64,000 nucleotides of DNA from Clostridiales bacterium (GCA_012727435.1 JAAYHB010000006.1:12327-76326), one strand, 5' to 3'. Counted from the first letter of the stretch, positions 41,570 to 51,790 are shown. Numbers and translations: made by a program. Notes: generated by a model not told the origin, from the sequence alone.

Positions 41570-42277
41570 CTACGATTTCGGCTTTTTGATAAACCTTCTC
41601 ACCAGCACGCCGATGAAATACAGCAGAGCGAGGACCGAAACAACCGTCAGGGCCATCAGGACATTGCGGTTGACAATATTCTGCGCAATCATAATCGTCA
41701 GCAGCACCGCAGGAACCCGGGCGACACCCGAGATCAACAGAAAATAAAGGAGCCTGATTTTTGTCGTGCCGAAGCAGTAGATCATCATATCTTTCGGCGT
41801 GCCGGGCACAAGGTAGAGCAGGAAGGTGAGGATATACAGATTCCGCCCCCGTATTTCCGAGAAAAAGCGCTCGTATTTTTCCTCGGGGAAAAACAGGCCG
41901 ACAGCCGCCCGCCCGAAGCGCCGGGCGAGCAGGAAGGACACTACCGAACCGAGTTCATAGCCGAGAATAAATAACAGAGTGCCGGCGACCGGCCCGAAAG
42001 CGTACCCTCCGGCTATCTGCATCGGGCCGTCGTGGATGACCGCGAGCATCACCTGAATCGCGCACAGCAGCACATAGACCAGCTTGGCGAAATATCCGTA
42101 TGAATTTATCCATTCGCGAAAGCGGGAGGGGTCTTTTGCAAACTCGGCCAGTTTGTTCTGATATATTACGGCAAGCAGGGCTATCAGTATGATATATCCC
42201 GCGGTAATTGACACAATTGTGATTATCCGCCGTCGCTTTGTCCTGTTGCTTTTGTTGTTATCGGGTAATGACGCCAT
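41570..42277 (-). CDS. TVP38/TMEM64 (DedA-related, SNARE-associated) family membrane protein
   Basis: Multi-TM protein with the family motif LVPGTPKDMMIYCFGTTKI. Confidence 0.75.
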   Translation of the reverse strand: MASLPDNNKSNRTKRRRIITIVSITAGYIILIALLAVIYQNKLAEFAKDPSRFREWINSYGYFAKLVYVLLCAIQVMLAVIHDGPMQIAGGYAFGPVAGTLLFILGYELGSVVSFLLARRFGRAAVGLFFPEEKYERFFSEIRGRNLYILTFLLYLVPGTPKDMMIYCFGTTKIRLLYFLLISGVARVPAVLLTIMIAQNIVNRNVLMALTVVSVLALLYFIGVLVRRFIKKPKS

Positions 42278-42350
42278 AACTATCTCCGCAAATTACCGGC
42301 ATATCACGCAAAGCACGTCATATCCCGATAAATTATGCTGCAATACTTGG

Positions 42351-45300
42351 CTAATTATTTGGATATATGATTTCATGAATCCGCGGTGTTACTATGATAC
42401 CCTCGCGCTTCAATCTATACTCGTAGCACCAGCTGTCTCCCGAGGTGCGCCATGCACCCGGGCCGGGATAGCTTAACTGCTCGTCGGCACAGTGGAGCGG
42501 GCCGCAGGTATTGGTCCGCGGGACATAAAGGTTTATGTCAAGCCTGTGACGGCCGGCCGGGAGCGTTCCGAAGTTGGCCTTGTAGGGCGAGAAGGCGATT
42601 ACAACCGGCTCGCCGTTATCAACAGAGGCGGTCAGAACTGCGCCCCGGTATTGCGGTATGGTAACCTCAAGCTCGCCGCCGCGGGTTTCGACCTCAAAAT
42701 GATAGGTCAGAACTCCGCTGTAGAAAGGCAGGGTCTGGTTGGTGATGCTCTCGAAGGCAAGAGTTTCGGCAGGCTGAACAATCCTGGCAACCCTGCCCCG
42801 GACCTCGACTCCGAATTTCCCGAGGAGATAGCAGGGCTCGGTTGCTGTCCGCTTGCCGAAGGGGTATTCTATCTCAAGTATATTATTCCCCTGCCTGACA
42901 GGCGGTAATCTTAAGGTTTTTATCGACTTGTCGATGTACCAGCCGCAGGGCGCGTTGTCAACCTTCTGACCGTTAAATGAAATTCCGGCGACCTCGGGGG
43001 TCTCGAGCGCAAGGAGCGGGTCGGGATAATCAATATCGCTTGTGATGCTGAATCTCAGCCTTATCCTGTGCTCCGGCGGGTCGGCCGGGAGATACCAGGG
43101 CTGGTCGGCGCTGCCGCTCCAGGGCGTCCAACCGAGTCGGCGACGGCAGACCGTGTCTGCCCGCAGGATTTCTTCAGGTGAGGCAGAAAAATCATCGTCG
43201 TCAAGCGCATAATACGCCATGTCAAGCAGCAGCACGTTAGGCTCGCCGAGGGTGTAGTGAACCGCCGGCGGAACCTCTATTGCCCGCACAGCCGGCTTTA
43301 CTTTTGGCGATTCGGGCCTGACTGCCACCGGTTCTCTTGCCGGCGAGAGCCTGAGCAGCAGGCTGTCATGCAGGTACAGCCCTGCGCTGATAACCGTGTT
43401 TCCGGCTGCATGTGAATGAGCCTGCGGGTGGATTTCGCCGGTCAGAGTGTCGTAAAGCTTTGCGGTCCAGAGCCCCTTTATTGTAATTTTCACATCCTGC
43501 CGGCGCGATATGTCGGGGTTTTCGGGGTCCTTGCCGGGGCAGATGAAAAGCCACATGTCGTCCCCGTCACGCCGCAGTTGGTGGACGAGGTTGTCGGTAA
43601 TGCTCCCGTTTTTATTCCGGATGTCTATCACCCGATATGGTTCAAGGGCGGCAAGCAGAGCAGCGCGCGAAAAGGTTATGCGCTGCACCCGTGAGTCGTT
43701 GTAAAGCTCGATTGCCGGCCCCGCGGCCTCAGCGGAGGCATCAATATACCTGGGAGCATCGCCCATGAAAATGAGTTTGCCGCCCCCGTCCACGAATGCC
43801 GCGAGCCGCTCGACTGTGGTCGAGCGCAGTGTCTCGCAACCCGGGACTATTACCACGTCATATTTCATCTTGCCGACAGAGAACGGGTTGCCGCCTTTTT
43901 CGCAGAGCTCGGGGAGCAGCGATTCGGCGATATAGTCGAAGTCGACCGAGCCGAAAAGCAGCCATTCGGTGAGCGACTGAAAGTTGCTTTCAAGCTGGTC
44001 GCGGACAAGCGCGGTCTGCTCGGTAGGACCCCAGTGCAGCCAGTAGCTTTCGATGGGATGGATAACTCCGACTCTCACGCAGGGCTCCCCGCGTGTCAAG
44101 GCGGTGTTCAGGCGCGCGAAATGGTTTTCGATATATGAATAAAGCGGATACCACGGGGACTGGTAGCTTATTGAAGCGGGATAATCGCGCTTGGCCTCGC
44201 CCTCCATGGAAACCCACGAGAGGTGCGGGACCCTTACGGTGACGCCAAGCGCCGCCTGCCAGTCGCCCTGAAGCTTGTGGCCTCGGAAATCGTAGTCCCA
44301 GCCGGTGACGCCGTAAAGCTCGCTCATGACACCCTCGCGGCCGTACTGCCGTGCCGCAGATTGCGCCTGCTTTGCAGTGGTATATTCATGCCGGTTTGCC
44401 AGCATGTCTATTCCGGGAATGTGGAAGGCGCGGTAGGCGCGCATGGCCTCGCTGATGGCCGACGTTTGAGAGGAGAGCGTCGGCTCCTTCATCATGTGGC
44501 CGGTAAGCAGAATGTTGTTTTTTCCGCACCACCCCCCGATGTTGTCGGCAAAGGCCTCTGTGAAGCGCTCGCAGACATGGTCGTGGTAGCGGTATCTTGT
44601 CCTTGAAACACGCCCTCCGGGGAGTTCCCAGATAAGCTCGGGGATATTTGCCACAAGGTCCTCGCCGTAGGCCGCCGCGAAGGTCTCGGGCAGGTCGTCT
44701 GTCCAGGGAAGAGCGATATCCTGCAGTGACTCGGCAAAGGGCAGGGTCTGCTTGTGGGTGAACTGGGGTTCATCGGTAAAAATGGCCGGTACGGTCGAGC
44801 CGAATTCGCTGCCTATTTTTTTCTTGTACGCCTCGTGCGTCAGCTCTATGAAGCGGTCGATTGCGGCCTTTTTCAGGGTGTCGGCATATGTGTAGCCGTT
44901 ATACCGCGGCGTGCATTGCGGGGTCTCGATGTAGGCATACCATACCCTGCCTTCGGGTGTTTCACCTTCCTTGAGTATACGGTGAGACTTAAGGCAGCCG
45001 TTCTCGTCGAGCACTATGTCAAATGCGGCGACAAGTCGCCCGTGGCCGCTGCGGACTGCAACTGCCTGCTCGTTGAAATGTGTCCCGCGGCCGCCTTCGA
45101 CCTCATACGGGGTGGGGGTAAGGAGCAGATATCTGATGCGGTACTCGGGGTCCTTGGTGACAAACCCGCCGGCATACCCCGAGGGCCATCTGTCTTCATC
45201 GTAGAGCCAGGCCAGCATTTCTTCTTTCTTGGCCTTATCGACACAGGCTGCGATAAGGTCCATGAATTCCTCGCCGAGATACGGGGTAGCCATACCCTGA

Positions 45301-45479
45301 CGGACATGCATGTGAAAGCCCCCGAAGCCCATTTTCTTGAGTACTTCGATTTGCCAGAGCAGCTCGTCCTTGTCAAGTTTGCAGTTCCATGACCAGAAGG
45401 GGGTTCCGCGATACTCGGAGGTCGGGTTTCTGAAGAGCTCTTCGTCAAGCTCACTTGCCGTATTCTTTTTATAAAGCAT
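42351..45479 (-). CDS. Large glycoside-hydrolase-like protein (N-terminal TIM barrel). Possibly a GH106-type alpha-L-rhamnosidase.
   Basis: 1042 aa from the ATG at 45479 (GAGGGA RBS). YRGTPFWSWNCKLDKDELLWQIEVLKKMGFGGFHMHVRQG…WLYDEDRWPSGYAGG is a pattern I associate with uncharacterised or GH106-like glycosidases. It lies directly downstream of rhaA in the same orientation. The family call is tentative. Confidence 0.6.
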   Translation of the reverse strand: MLYKKNTASELDEELFRNPTSEYRGTPFWSWNCKLDKDELLWQIEVLKKMGFGGFHMHVRQGMATPYLGEEFMDLIAACVDKAKKEEMLAWLYDEDRWPSGYAGGFVTKDPEYRIRYLLLTPTPYEVEGGRGTHFNEQAVAVRSGHGRLVAAFDIVLDENGCLKSHRILKEGETPEGRVWYAYIETPQCTPRYNGYTYADTLKKAAIDRFIELTHEAYKKKIGSEFGSTVPAIFTDEPQFTHKQTLPFAESLQDIALPWTDDLPETFAAAYGEDLVANIPELIWELPGGRVSRTRYRYHDHVCERFTEAFADNIGGWCGKNNILLTGHMMKEPTLSSQTSAISEAMRAYRAFHIPGIDMLANRHEYTTAKQAQSAARQYGREGVMSELYGVTGWDYDFRGHKLQGDWQAALGVTVRVPHLSWVSMEGEAKRDYPASISYQSPWYPLYSYIENHFARLNTALTRGEPCVRVGVIHPIESYWLHWGPTEQTALVRDQLESNFQSLTEWLLFGSVDFDYIAESLLPELCEKGGNPFSVGKMKYDVVIVPGCETLRSTTVERLAAFVDGGGKLIFMGDAPRYIDASAEAAGPAIELYNDSRVQRITFSRAALLAALEPYRVIDIRNKNGSITDNLVHQLRRDGDDMWLFICPGKDPENPDISRRQDVKITIKGLWTAKLYDTLTGEIHPQAHSHAAGNTVISAGLYLHDSLLLRLSPAREPVAVRPESPKVKPAVRAIEVPPAVHYTLGEPNVLLLDMAYYALDDDDFSASPEEILRADTVCRRRLGWTPWSGSADQPWYLPADPPEHRIRLRFSITSDIDYPDPLLALETPEVAGISFNGQKVDNAPCGWYIDKSIKTLRLPPVRQGNNILEIEYPFGKRTATEPCYLLGKFGVEVRGRVARIVQPAETLAFESITNQTLPFYSGVLTYHFEVETRGGELEVTIPQYRGAVLTASVDNGEPVVIAFSPYKANFGTLPAGRHRLDINLYVPRTNTCGPLHCADEQLSYPGPGAWRTSGDSWCYEYRLKREGIIVTPRIHEIIYPNN

Positions 45480-45501
45480 AATATTATCCCTCACAAATGT
45501 G

Positions 45502-46755
45502 TTATTTTCTGAGCAGCAGCACTTCGTTTTCATATTTTATGACATCATCAAGCCACTTTTCTGTAGGCTCGACCTTCGCGCGGCGGCAGAATTCGGCCCA
45601 TATCTCGCCAAGTGGCAGGGTTTTCAGCTCCTCCTGGAGCACCATAAGCTCGGTGAATCTGCCCGAGTTCTGCAGTTCCGCCAGCCTTTCATGCGGTGTG
45701 AGCAGGGCATAGAGCAGCGCTTTCTGGAAGTTCCGCATTCCGAGGATCCAGGCGGCGACGCGGTTTATGCTGGCGTCAAAAAAGTCAAGGCCGCAGAGCA
45801 CGCGGTCAAGGGCGTCGCACCTGACAATTTCATTTGCAATATCCCGCACCTCGTCATCAAACCTGACGACATGGTCGCTGTCCCAGCGCACCGCGCGGGT
45901 GATGTGCAGGGCAATTTTATCCGAGAACAAAAGCATTGAGGATATCTTGTCGGCGACCTGCTCGGTGGGGTGGTAGTGTCCGTTGTCCATGAGAGGTATC
46001 AGCCCGCGGGTCAGCACATAACCTATGTAGAATTCTGCCGAGCCGACGGTGTATGACTCAAGGCCGATGCCGAAAACCTTCGGCTCAAGCGAGACATGGA
46101 CGAGATTCTTGTCATATCCGGCGGCAAATATTCTGTCGAGCGAGTCAAGAAGGCGGGCACGGGGATAGAGGCGGTCTGCCGGGATGTCTTTCAGACCGTC
46201 GGGAATCCAGATGTTCATGTGGCAGGGCGTGCCGAGTTCTCTGGCAAAGTATTCCGAGATGCGCAGGCAGGCGATACAGTGGCGAATCCAAAATTCACGG
46301 ACAGACTCATCGGGGCTTGACAATGTCATCCCGCGGGTCATGGGGTGCGCAAATAAGGTGGGGTTGAAGTCGATGCCCAGCCCGCGCGCCTTTGCAAAAT
46401 CCACCCACTTTCTGAAGTGGCGGGGCTCTAGTCTGTCGCGGTCGACGCACTCGTCCTCCTCGACTACGGCATATGAGGCATGGAGATTCAGCCTGTGTCT
46501 GCCGGGGATGCGGGCGAGAGCAAAGTCGATGTCTGCCATCAGCTCCTCAGGGGTGCGTGCGGCGCCGGGGTAGTTGCCGGTCGCCTGTATGCCCCCGTCA
46601 AGCGACGATTTGCCCTCAAATCCGCGGACATCGTCTCCCTGCCAGCAGTGCAGCGAGAGGGGCACGCCGAGCAGTCTTTCAATGGCATGGTCGGTGTCGA
46701 CTCCGAGCCGCGCGTATCTTTCGCGCGCGACGGCATATGAGGAGTATGCTGCCAT
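45502..46755 (-). CDS. rhaA: L-rhamnose isomerase
   Basis: 417 aa. PLSLHCWQGDDVRGFE…GGIQATGNYPGAART…RLNLHASY closely parallels E. coli RhaA (PVSMHCWQGDDVSGFE…GGIQATGNYPGKARN…RLNLHAIY). Confidence 0.9.
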   Translation of the reverse strand: MAAYSSYAVARERYARLGVDTDHAIERLLGVPLSLHCWQGDDVRGFEGKSSLDGGIQATGNYPGAARTPEELMADIDFALARIPGRHRLNLHASYAVVEEDECVDRDRLEPRHFRKWVDFAKARGLGIDFNPTLFAHPMTRGMTLSSPDESVREFWIRHCIACLRISEYFARELGTPCHMNIWIPDGLKDIPADRLYPRARLLDSLDRIFAAGYDKNLVHVSLEPKVFGIGLESYTVGSAEFYIGYVLTRGLIPLMDNGHYHPTEQVADKISSMLLFSDKIALHITRAVRWDSDHVVRFDDEVRDIANEIVRCDALDRVLCGLDFFDASINRVAAWILGMRNFQKALLYALLTPHERLAELQNSGRFTELMVLQEELKTLPLGEIWAEFCRRAKVEPTEKWLDDVIKYENEVLLLRK

Positions 46756-46900
46756 GATATATCTCGTTCCTTTCTGTTAGTCTGAACAGTCAATAAAAAA
46801 CTGTCCGGTGAGACCGAGGTTTGTTTACAATTGATTACATTAGCTATTCTATCATAATCTGCATTAATTTTCAATCAATAATTTAAATCATGCAGATATA

Positions 46901-46929
46901 ATTGATTTTAGCAAAAAACCGTGGTATAC
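46901..46929 (+). promoter_or_regulatory. Sigma-A promoter of pncB
   Basis: TTGATT (46901-46906), a 17-nt spacer ending in TGG, then TATACT (46924-46929). Confidence 0.55.
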
Positions 46930-46976
46930 TGTTATTTAAACATCACAGACAACCGTACACCGAGAGGACTATCAAG

Positions 46977-48437
46977 ATGAATTATCTGACCGAAAACCTG
47001 TCGATGCTCTGCGATTTTTACGAGCTGACCATGGCCAACGGCTATCTCGTCTGCGGCATGGGCGACAGAATAGTTTACTTTGACGCCTTTTACCGCTCAA
47101 ACCCCGACAACGGGGGGTATGCGATAGCCGCAGGTCTTGAGCAGATTGTCAATTATATAAATGACCTGAAATTCACACCCGAGGATATCGAGTACCTTCG
47201 CTCAAAGAACTGCTTTTCGGAGGAGTTCCTCAAGTACCTTGCAAAATTCAGGTTTACAGGCGATATCTGGTCGGTGCCCGAGGGTACAGTGGTCTTTCCG
47301 GGCGAGCCGCTGCTCATAGTCCGCGCGCCGGTAATGCAGGCGCAGTTCATCGAGACATATATACTTATGGCACTCAACCACCAGTCACTTATAGCAACCA
47401 AGGCCTCGCGCATGGTGAGGGCTGCGGCGGGGAGACCGATAAGCGAGTTCGGCGCCCGGCGGGCGCACGGTTCGGCGGCGGCAATGCTCGGGGCGCGGGC
47501 GGCCTATATCGGGGGCTGCGCCTCCAGTTCCTGCACGATAGCCGACCTTCGTTACGGCGTGCCGGCAAGCGGGACGATGGCCCACTCCTGGGTTCAGATG
47601 TTCGACGACGAGTACACCGCCTTCAAGACCTACTGCGAAATCTATCCGGACAATGCAATCCTTTTGATTGATACCTACAACGTGCTCGAATCGGGGTTGC
47701 CGAACGCCATCCGTGCCTTCCGCGAGGTACTACTGCCGCGCGGGATAACAAAATGCGGGGTGAGGATTGACTCGGGCGATATTGCTTACCTTTCGCGCAA
47801 GGTCCGTGAAAGGCTTGACAAAGAGGGCTTTCCGCAATGTAAAATTATAGCCTCAAACGCACTGGACGAGTATATAATCAGTGAGCTGATAAGCCAGGGC
47901 GCGCAGATTGACGCCTTCGGCATCGGAGAAAGGCTGATTACCTCCAAAAGCGACCCGGTGTTCGGCGCGGTGTATAAGCTCGCGGCCGTTGAGGACGGGC
48001 AGGGCAGGATCATACCCAAGATAAAAATCAGCGAAAACGTGGGGAAGATCACAACCCCGCATTTCAAGAAGGTTTACCGGCTGCGCGACCGCGAGAGCGG
48101 CAAAGCCGAGGCTGACCTTATCTGCATCTGGGACGAGAAAATAGACGATACGCAGCCGCTTGAAATATTCGACCCCGAATACACCTGGAAGCGCAAGACA
48201 CTGACCAGCTTTACCGCACATGAACTTCTGGTGCCGGTATTCAAAGCCGGAAAACAGGTATACAGATTGCCGTCGCTCGAGGAAATCCGCGCACACTGCG
48301 CCGCCGAGCTCGAAGGCATCTGGGATGAGGTCAAAAGGTTTACCAACCCGCATAACTATTATGTCGACCTCTCCGAACGCCTCTGGCAGTGCCGGCATGA
48401 CATGATAAAGGCGGCGAGGGCAAGAAAGTCAAAGTGA
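46977..48437 (+). CDS. pncB: Nicotinate phosphoribosyltransferase
   Basis: MNYLTENLSMLCDFYELTMANGY…FGARRAHG…GTMAHSWVQMF…LIDTYN. ATG at 46977 after GAGAGGA. Confidence 0.9.
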   Translation: MNYLTENLSMLCDFYELTMANGYLVCGMGDRIVYFDAFYRSNPDNGGYAIAAGLEQIVNYINDLKFTPEDIEYLRSKNCFSEEFLKYLAKFRFTGDIWSVPEGTVVFPGEPLLIVRAPVMQAQFIETYILMALNHQSLIATKASRMVRAAAGRPISEFGARRAHGSAAAMLGARAAYIGGCASSSCTIADLRYGVPASGTMAHSWVQMFDDEYTAFKTYCEIYPDNAILLIDTYNVLESGLPNAIRAFREVLLPRGITKCGVRIDSGDIAYLSRKVRERLDKEGFPQCKIIASNALDEYIISELISQGAQIDAFGIGERLITSKSDPVFGAVYKLAAVEDGQGRIIPKIKISENVGKITTPHFKKVYRLRDRESGKAEADLICIWDEKIDDTQPLEIFDPEYTWKRKTLTSFTAHELLVPVFKAGKQVYRLPSLEEIRAHCAAELEGIWDEVKRFTNPHNYYVDLSERLWQCRHDMIKAARARKSK

Positions 48438-48441
48438 TTTT

Positions 48442-48512
48442 TCGGGGACTCTGCCCCCGAGCCCCGCTTAAGGAACTTTTTTAAAAAAAGTACCTTATCA
48501 AAAACTTATAAA
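48442..48512 (+). repeat. Copy D of the dispersed repeat family (short head, AT hairpin and tail)
   Basis: TCGGGGACTCTGCCCCCGAGCCCCGCTTAAGGAACTTTTTTAAAAAAAGTACCTTATCAAAAACTTATAAACC. It begins 6 nt after the pncB stop. Confidence 0.7.
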
Positions 48513-48571
48513 CCCGCTCGCAAATTTCGTTAAGCTGGCATTACATCGTGCACATGCTGCCATCAGCATTT

Positions 48572-48597
48572 AACCGCCGGGACGACCGGCGGTTTTT
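48572..48597 (+). terminator. Intrinsic terminator of pncB
   Basis: AACCGCCGG-GACGA-CCGGCGGTT, followed by TTTGTT. Confidence 0.8.
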
Positions 48598-48664
48598 GTT
48601 ATATTCTCAAAAGCCTAATCATATCTTGTAACGAAAAATGAAAAGAAATACGGAGAATACTGAT

Positions 48665-49837
48665 ATGAAAAGGCTTGGCTGTTTATTGATTGTTGCCGCC
48701 ATGCTCGCGGCATTTCTGACCCAGGCATCCGGCAGTGCCGAAAATCCGGTTACCATTACCGGCAATCCGGTCTCGGCCGAGTTGTCGCTCAACTGCGTCA
48801 GCGCAATTCTTATGGAGTCAGAGACCGGCAAGGTGCTCTACGAGATGAATGCCGACCAACCGTTGCTCCCGGCTTCAATCACCAAAATCATGACCCTGCT
48901 GCTTGTCATGGAAGCGATAGAGGCAGGCAAGCTGCGACTTGACGAGCAGCTGACCTGCAGCGCCAGGGCGGCTTCTATGGGGGGCTCGCAGATTTACCTT
49001 GAGGAGGGCGAGCAGATGACAGTCGAGGAGCTTATAAAATGCGTGGTGATAAGCTCCGCCAATGACGCAGCGCTGATGCTTGCCGAAGCGGTTGCCGGAA
49101 GCGAAGAGGTCTTTGTCGACATGATGAACAAGCGCGCCGAGGAGCTCGGGATGAAAAACAGTCATTTCGAGAACACCAACGGGCTTGACGACACGGTTAC
49201 CAACCATGTAACCTCTGCGCGGGACGTGGCTATCATGTCGCGCGAGCTGATAAAATACGACAAAATTCTCGAATACAGCAAGATATGGATGGACACAACC
49301 CGCGACGGTACCTTTGGCCTGACCAACACCAACCGGCTGATCCGCTTTTACAAGGGGGCGACCGGACTTAAAACCGGCTCGACCTCAAAGGCAAAATTCT
49401 GTATCAGCGCCACCGCAAAGCGCGACGGAATGCATTTGATTTGCGTTATTATGGCGGCAGAGACGCGCGATATCAGAAACGCGGCGGCCACCACGCTGCT
49501 CGACTGGGGGTTTGCAAACTTTGCACTTTTTGTGTCCGAGGAAAGTGAGATGGGTGAGATCCGGGTTACCGGAGGCGTCGATGATTCGGTAGGCACCAAA
49601 TCCGGGAGGTTTTGCTGCGTTGTGCCCAAGGGCGACGAAACCAAAATCGAGCGGGTGGTCGATATGAAAGAGAGCATTGCGGCGCCGGTCAGGGAAGGCG
49701 AGGTGGTCGGAACCGTGAAATTCGTCAACGGCAACGAGACAATAGGGACAGCCGACATCGTAGTCACCCGGAATATCGAAAAGATCGGATTCTGGCAGGT
49801 TTTAACAAGGATTTTAAGATGTTTTTTGATAGCATAA
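48665..49837 (+). CDS. D-alanyl-D-alanine carboxypeptidase (S11 family, low-MW PBP)
   Basis: Signal peptide MKRLGCLLIVAAMLAAFLTQASG. SITKIMT (SxxK), SSAND (SxN) and KTGST (KTG) motifs, plus the C-terminal PBP5-type domain. Confidence 0.88.
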   Translation: MKRLGCLLIVAAMLAAFLTQASGSAENPVTITGNPVSAELSLNCVSAILMESETGKVLYEMNADQPLLPASITKIMTLLLVMEAIEAGKLRLDEQLTCSARAASMGGSQIYLEEGEQMTVEELIKCVVISSANDAALMLAEAVAGSEEVFVDMMNKRAEELGMKNSHFENTNGLDDTVTNHVTSARDVAIMSRELIKYDKILEYSKIWMDTTRDGTFGLTNTNRLIRFYKGATGLKTGSTSKAKFCISATAKRDGMHLICVIMAAETRDIRNAAATTLLDWGFANFALFVSEESEMGEIRVTGGVDDSVGTKSGRFCCVVPKGDETKIERVVDMKESIAAPVREGEVVGTVKFVNGNETIGTADIVVTRNIEKIGFWQVLTRILRCFLIA

Positions 49838-49851
49838 ATTCTGAAAAACAG

Positions 49852-49880
49852 TTGAAATAAAAGCCGGGATGTAGTAAAAT
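49852..49880 (+). promoter_or_regulatory. Sigma-A promoter of pgi
   Basis: TTGAAA (49852-49857), a 17-nt spacer, then TAAAAT (49875-49880). Confidence 0.55.
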
Positions 49881-49916
49881 AGAAACAGAGTCAAATGCAA
49901 AACAAGGAAATCCAAA

Positions 49917-51248
49917 ATGGTCAGACTGTGCAAAGACTATATCCGTCCTTTTGTCGGGGAGGACGAACTCAACAACATAGCCCCGATGGTGTCGGCAGCC
50001 TTCAATCTGCTTCACGAGCGCTCCGGTCCGGGGGCAGACTACCTCGGTTGGATTGACCTTCCTGTTAACTTTGACCGCGACGAGCTTGAGAGAATCAAGT
50101 CGACCGCCGGGAAAATTAGGTCGATGTGCGACGTGTTTGTAATCATCGGCATCGGCGGCTCATATCTCGGCTCGCGCGCTGTCATTGAATTTATTAAATC
50201 CGAGATGTACAACCGTCTCGGCGACAGCCCCGAGATATATTTTGCCGGCAACAATATAAGCCCTGTGGCGATGGCAAATATACTCAGGCTCTGCCGCGGT
50301 CGGAGGGTCTGCATTAACGTTATTTCTAAATCGGGCACGACCACCGAACCTGCTATTGCTTTCAGGGTTTTCAGAGAGCTGCTTGAGGAGACCTGGGGGG
50401 AAGAGGGCGCCCGCGAGCGTATATTCGTCACCACCGACCGCAACGAGGGAAATCTTAGGAAATTTGCCGAACAGAAGGGTTATACCACATTTACCATTCC
50501 TGCCGATATCGGCGGCAGGTACTCGGTGCTCTCCCCGGTAGGCCTGCTCCCGATTGCCGTCGCGGGGCTTGATATCGACGAACTTATTGCCGGAGCCGCC
50601 CAGGCGCGGCTTGCCTTCTCCGACCCCGACCCAGCGAAAAACGACAGCCTCTGCTACGCCGCGCTCCGCAACATACTCTATCGCAAGGGAAGGGTGACCG
50701 AAATCCTTGTCGTCTATGAACAGTACATGCAGATGCTCTGCGAGTGGTACAAGCAGCTTTTCGGCGAAAGCGAGGGCAAGGACGGCAAAGGTATTTACCC
50801 GTCGTCCGTAATCTACACCACCGACCTGCATTCGCTCGGGCAGTATATACAGGATGGCATGCGAAATCAGTTTGAAACGGTGCTGTGGGTGAAGGAGCCC
50901 GACGTCGACCTTGCTATCCCCGATGACCCCGGAAATATAGACGGTCTGGGTTTTTTGTCGGGCAGGTCGCTTGCTTATGTGAACCAGATGGCAATGAAAG
51001 GCACGCTGCTTGCCCACGTCGACGGCGGAGTACCTAATCTGGTTATTGAAATAGACAAACGAGACGAGAGAAGCCTCGGAGGGCTGATCTATTTCTTTGA
51101 GCTGGCCTGCGGAGTGTCGGGCTATCTTCTGGGAGTGAATCCCTTCGACCAGCCGGGAGTCGAGAAATATAAAAAGAATATGTTCGCGCTCCTCGGCAAA
51201 CCGGGATTTGAGTCAAGGAAAAAAGAGCTGGAAGGCAGAATCAGATAA
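49917..51248 (+). CDS. pgi: Glucose-6-phosphate isomerase (short, Firmicute type)
   Basis: 443 aa. IGIGGSYLGSRAVIEF, VISKSGTTTEP, GGRYSVLS and QLFGESEGKDGKG. Confidence 0.93.
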   Translation: MVRLCKDYIRPFVGEDELNNIAPMVSAAFNLLHERSGPGADYLGWIDLPVNFDRDELERIKSTAGKIRSMCDVFVIIGIGGSYLGSRAVIEFIKSEMYNRLGDSPEIYFAGNNISPVAMANILRLCRGRRVCINVISKSGTTTEPAIAFRVFRELLEETWGEEGARERIFVTTDRNEGNLRKFAEQKGYTTFTIPADIGGRYSVLSPVGLLPIAVAGLDIDELIAGAAQARLAFSDPDPAKNDSLCYAALRNILYRKGRVTEILVVYEQYMQMLCEWYKQLFGESEGKDGKGIYPSSVIYTTDLHSLGQYIQDGMRNQFETVLWVKEPDVDLAIPDDPGNIDGLGFLSGRSLAYVNQMAMKGTLLAHVDGGVPNLVIEIDKRDERSLGGLIYFFELACGVSGYLLGVNPFDQPGVEKYKKNMFALLGKPGFESRKKELEGRIR

Positions 51249-51270
51249 ATATAATTTTTGGAGGAGAGAA

Positions 51271-51687
51271 ATGATTAAGCTGATTACCGGAATCCCGGGC
51301 ACGGGCAAAACCAAAACCCTTATCAAAATGGTCAACGAGGCCGTCAAAAACACCAAGGGGAATGTCGTCTGCGTGGAAAAAGGTATCAAGCTCCGTTTTG
51401 ACATCGACTATAAAGTGAGGCTCATCAATATCGACGATTATCTGGTAAACAACGCGCAGGCTTGGTACGGCTTTGTCGCCGGCCTGATTGCAAGCAACCA
51501 CGACATTACCGATATTTTCATTGACTCGGCTCTCAAAATCTGCGGCAACAACATGGAAGGGTTTGAGGCGGCCGTTCTTGAACTTGATAAGCTTTCCGAG
51601 AAAACCGGCGTCAACATAATTATGACTTCCTCCATTCCGAAAGGGCAGGAACCCGCATCTCTATCAAAGTTCGTGCATAACAACTGA
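51271..51687 (+). CDS. Small P-loop NTPase, uncharacterised (138 aa)
   Basis: GGAGGAGAGAA RBS. Walker A GIPGTGKT at residues 8-15 and a Walker-B-like DIFIDS. It starts 22 nt after pgi. Confidence 0.6.
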   Translation: MIKLITGIPGTGKTKTLIKMVNEAVKNTKGNVVCVEKGIKLRFDIDYKVRLINIDDYLVNNAQAWYGFVAGLIASNHDITDIFIDSALKICGNNMEGFEAAVLELDKLSEKTGVNIIMTSSIPKGQEPASLSKFVHNN

Positions 51688-51734
51688 AATCAGACACAGG
51701 TCTCACATCACAAATCAATAAATAAACAAAAATA

Positions 51735-51790
51735 TTGGGAGGAACTTCTTGAAAGAAGTTGCTCCCAAACCCTCTTCAAGAACTTTTAAT
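51735..51790 (+). repeat. Copy E of the dispersed repeat family (hairpin plus tail variant)
   Basis: TTGGGAGGAACTTCTTGAAAGAAGTTGCTCCCAAACCCTCTTCAAGAACTTTTAATAC. Confidence 0.5.
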
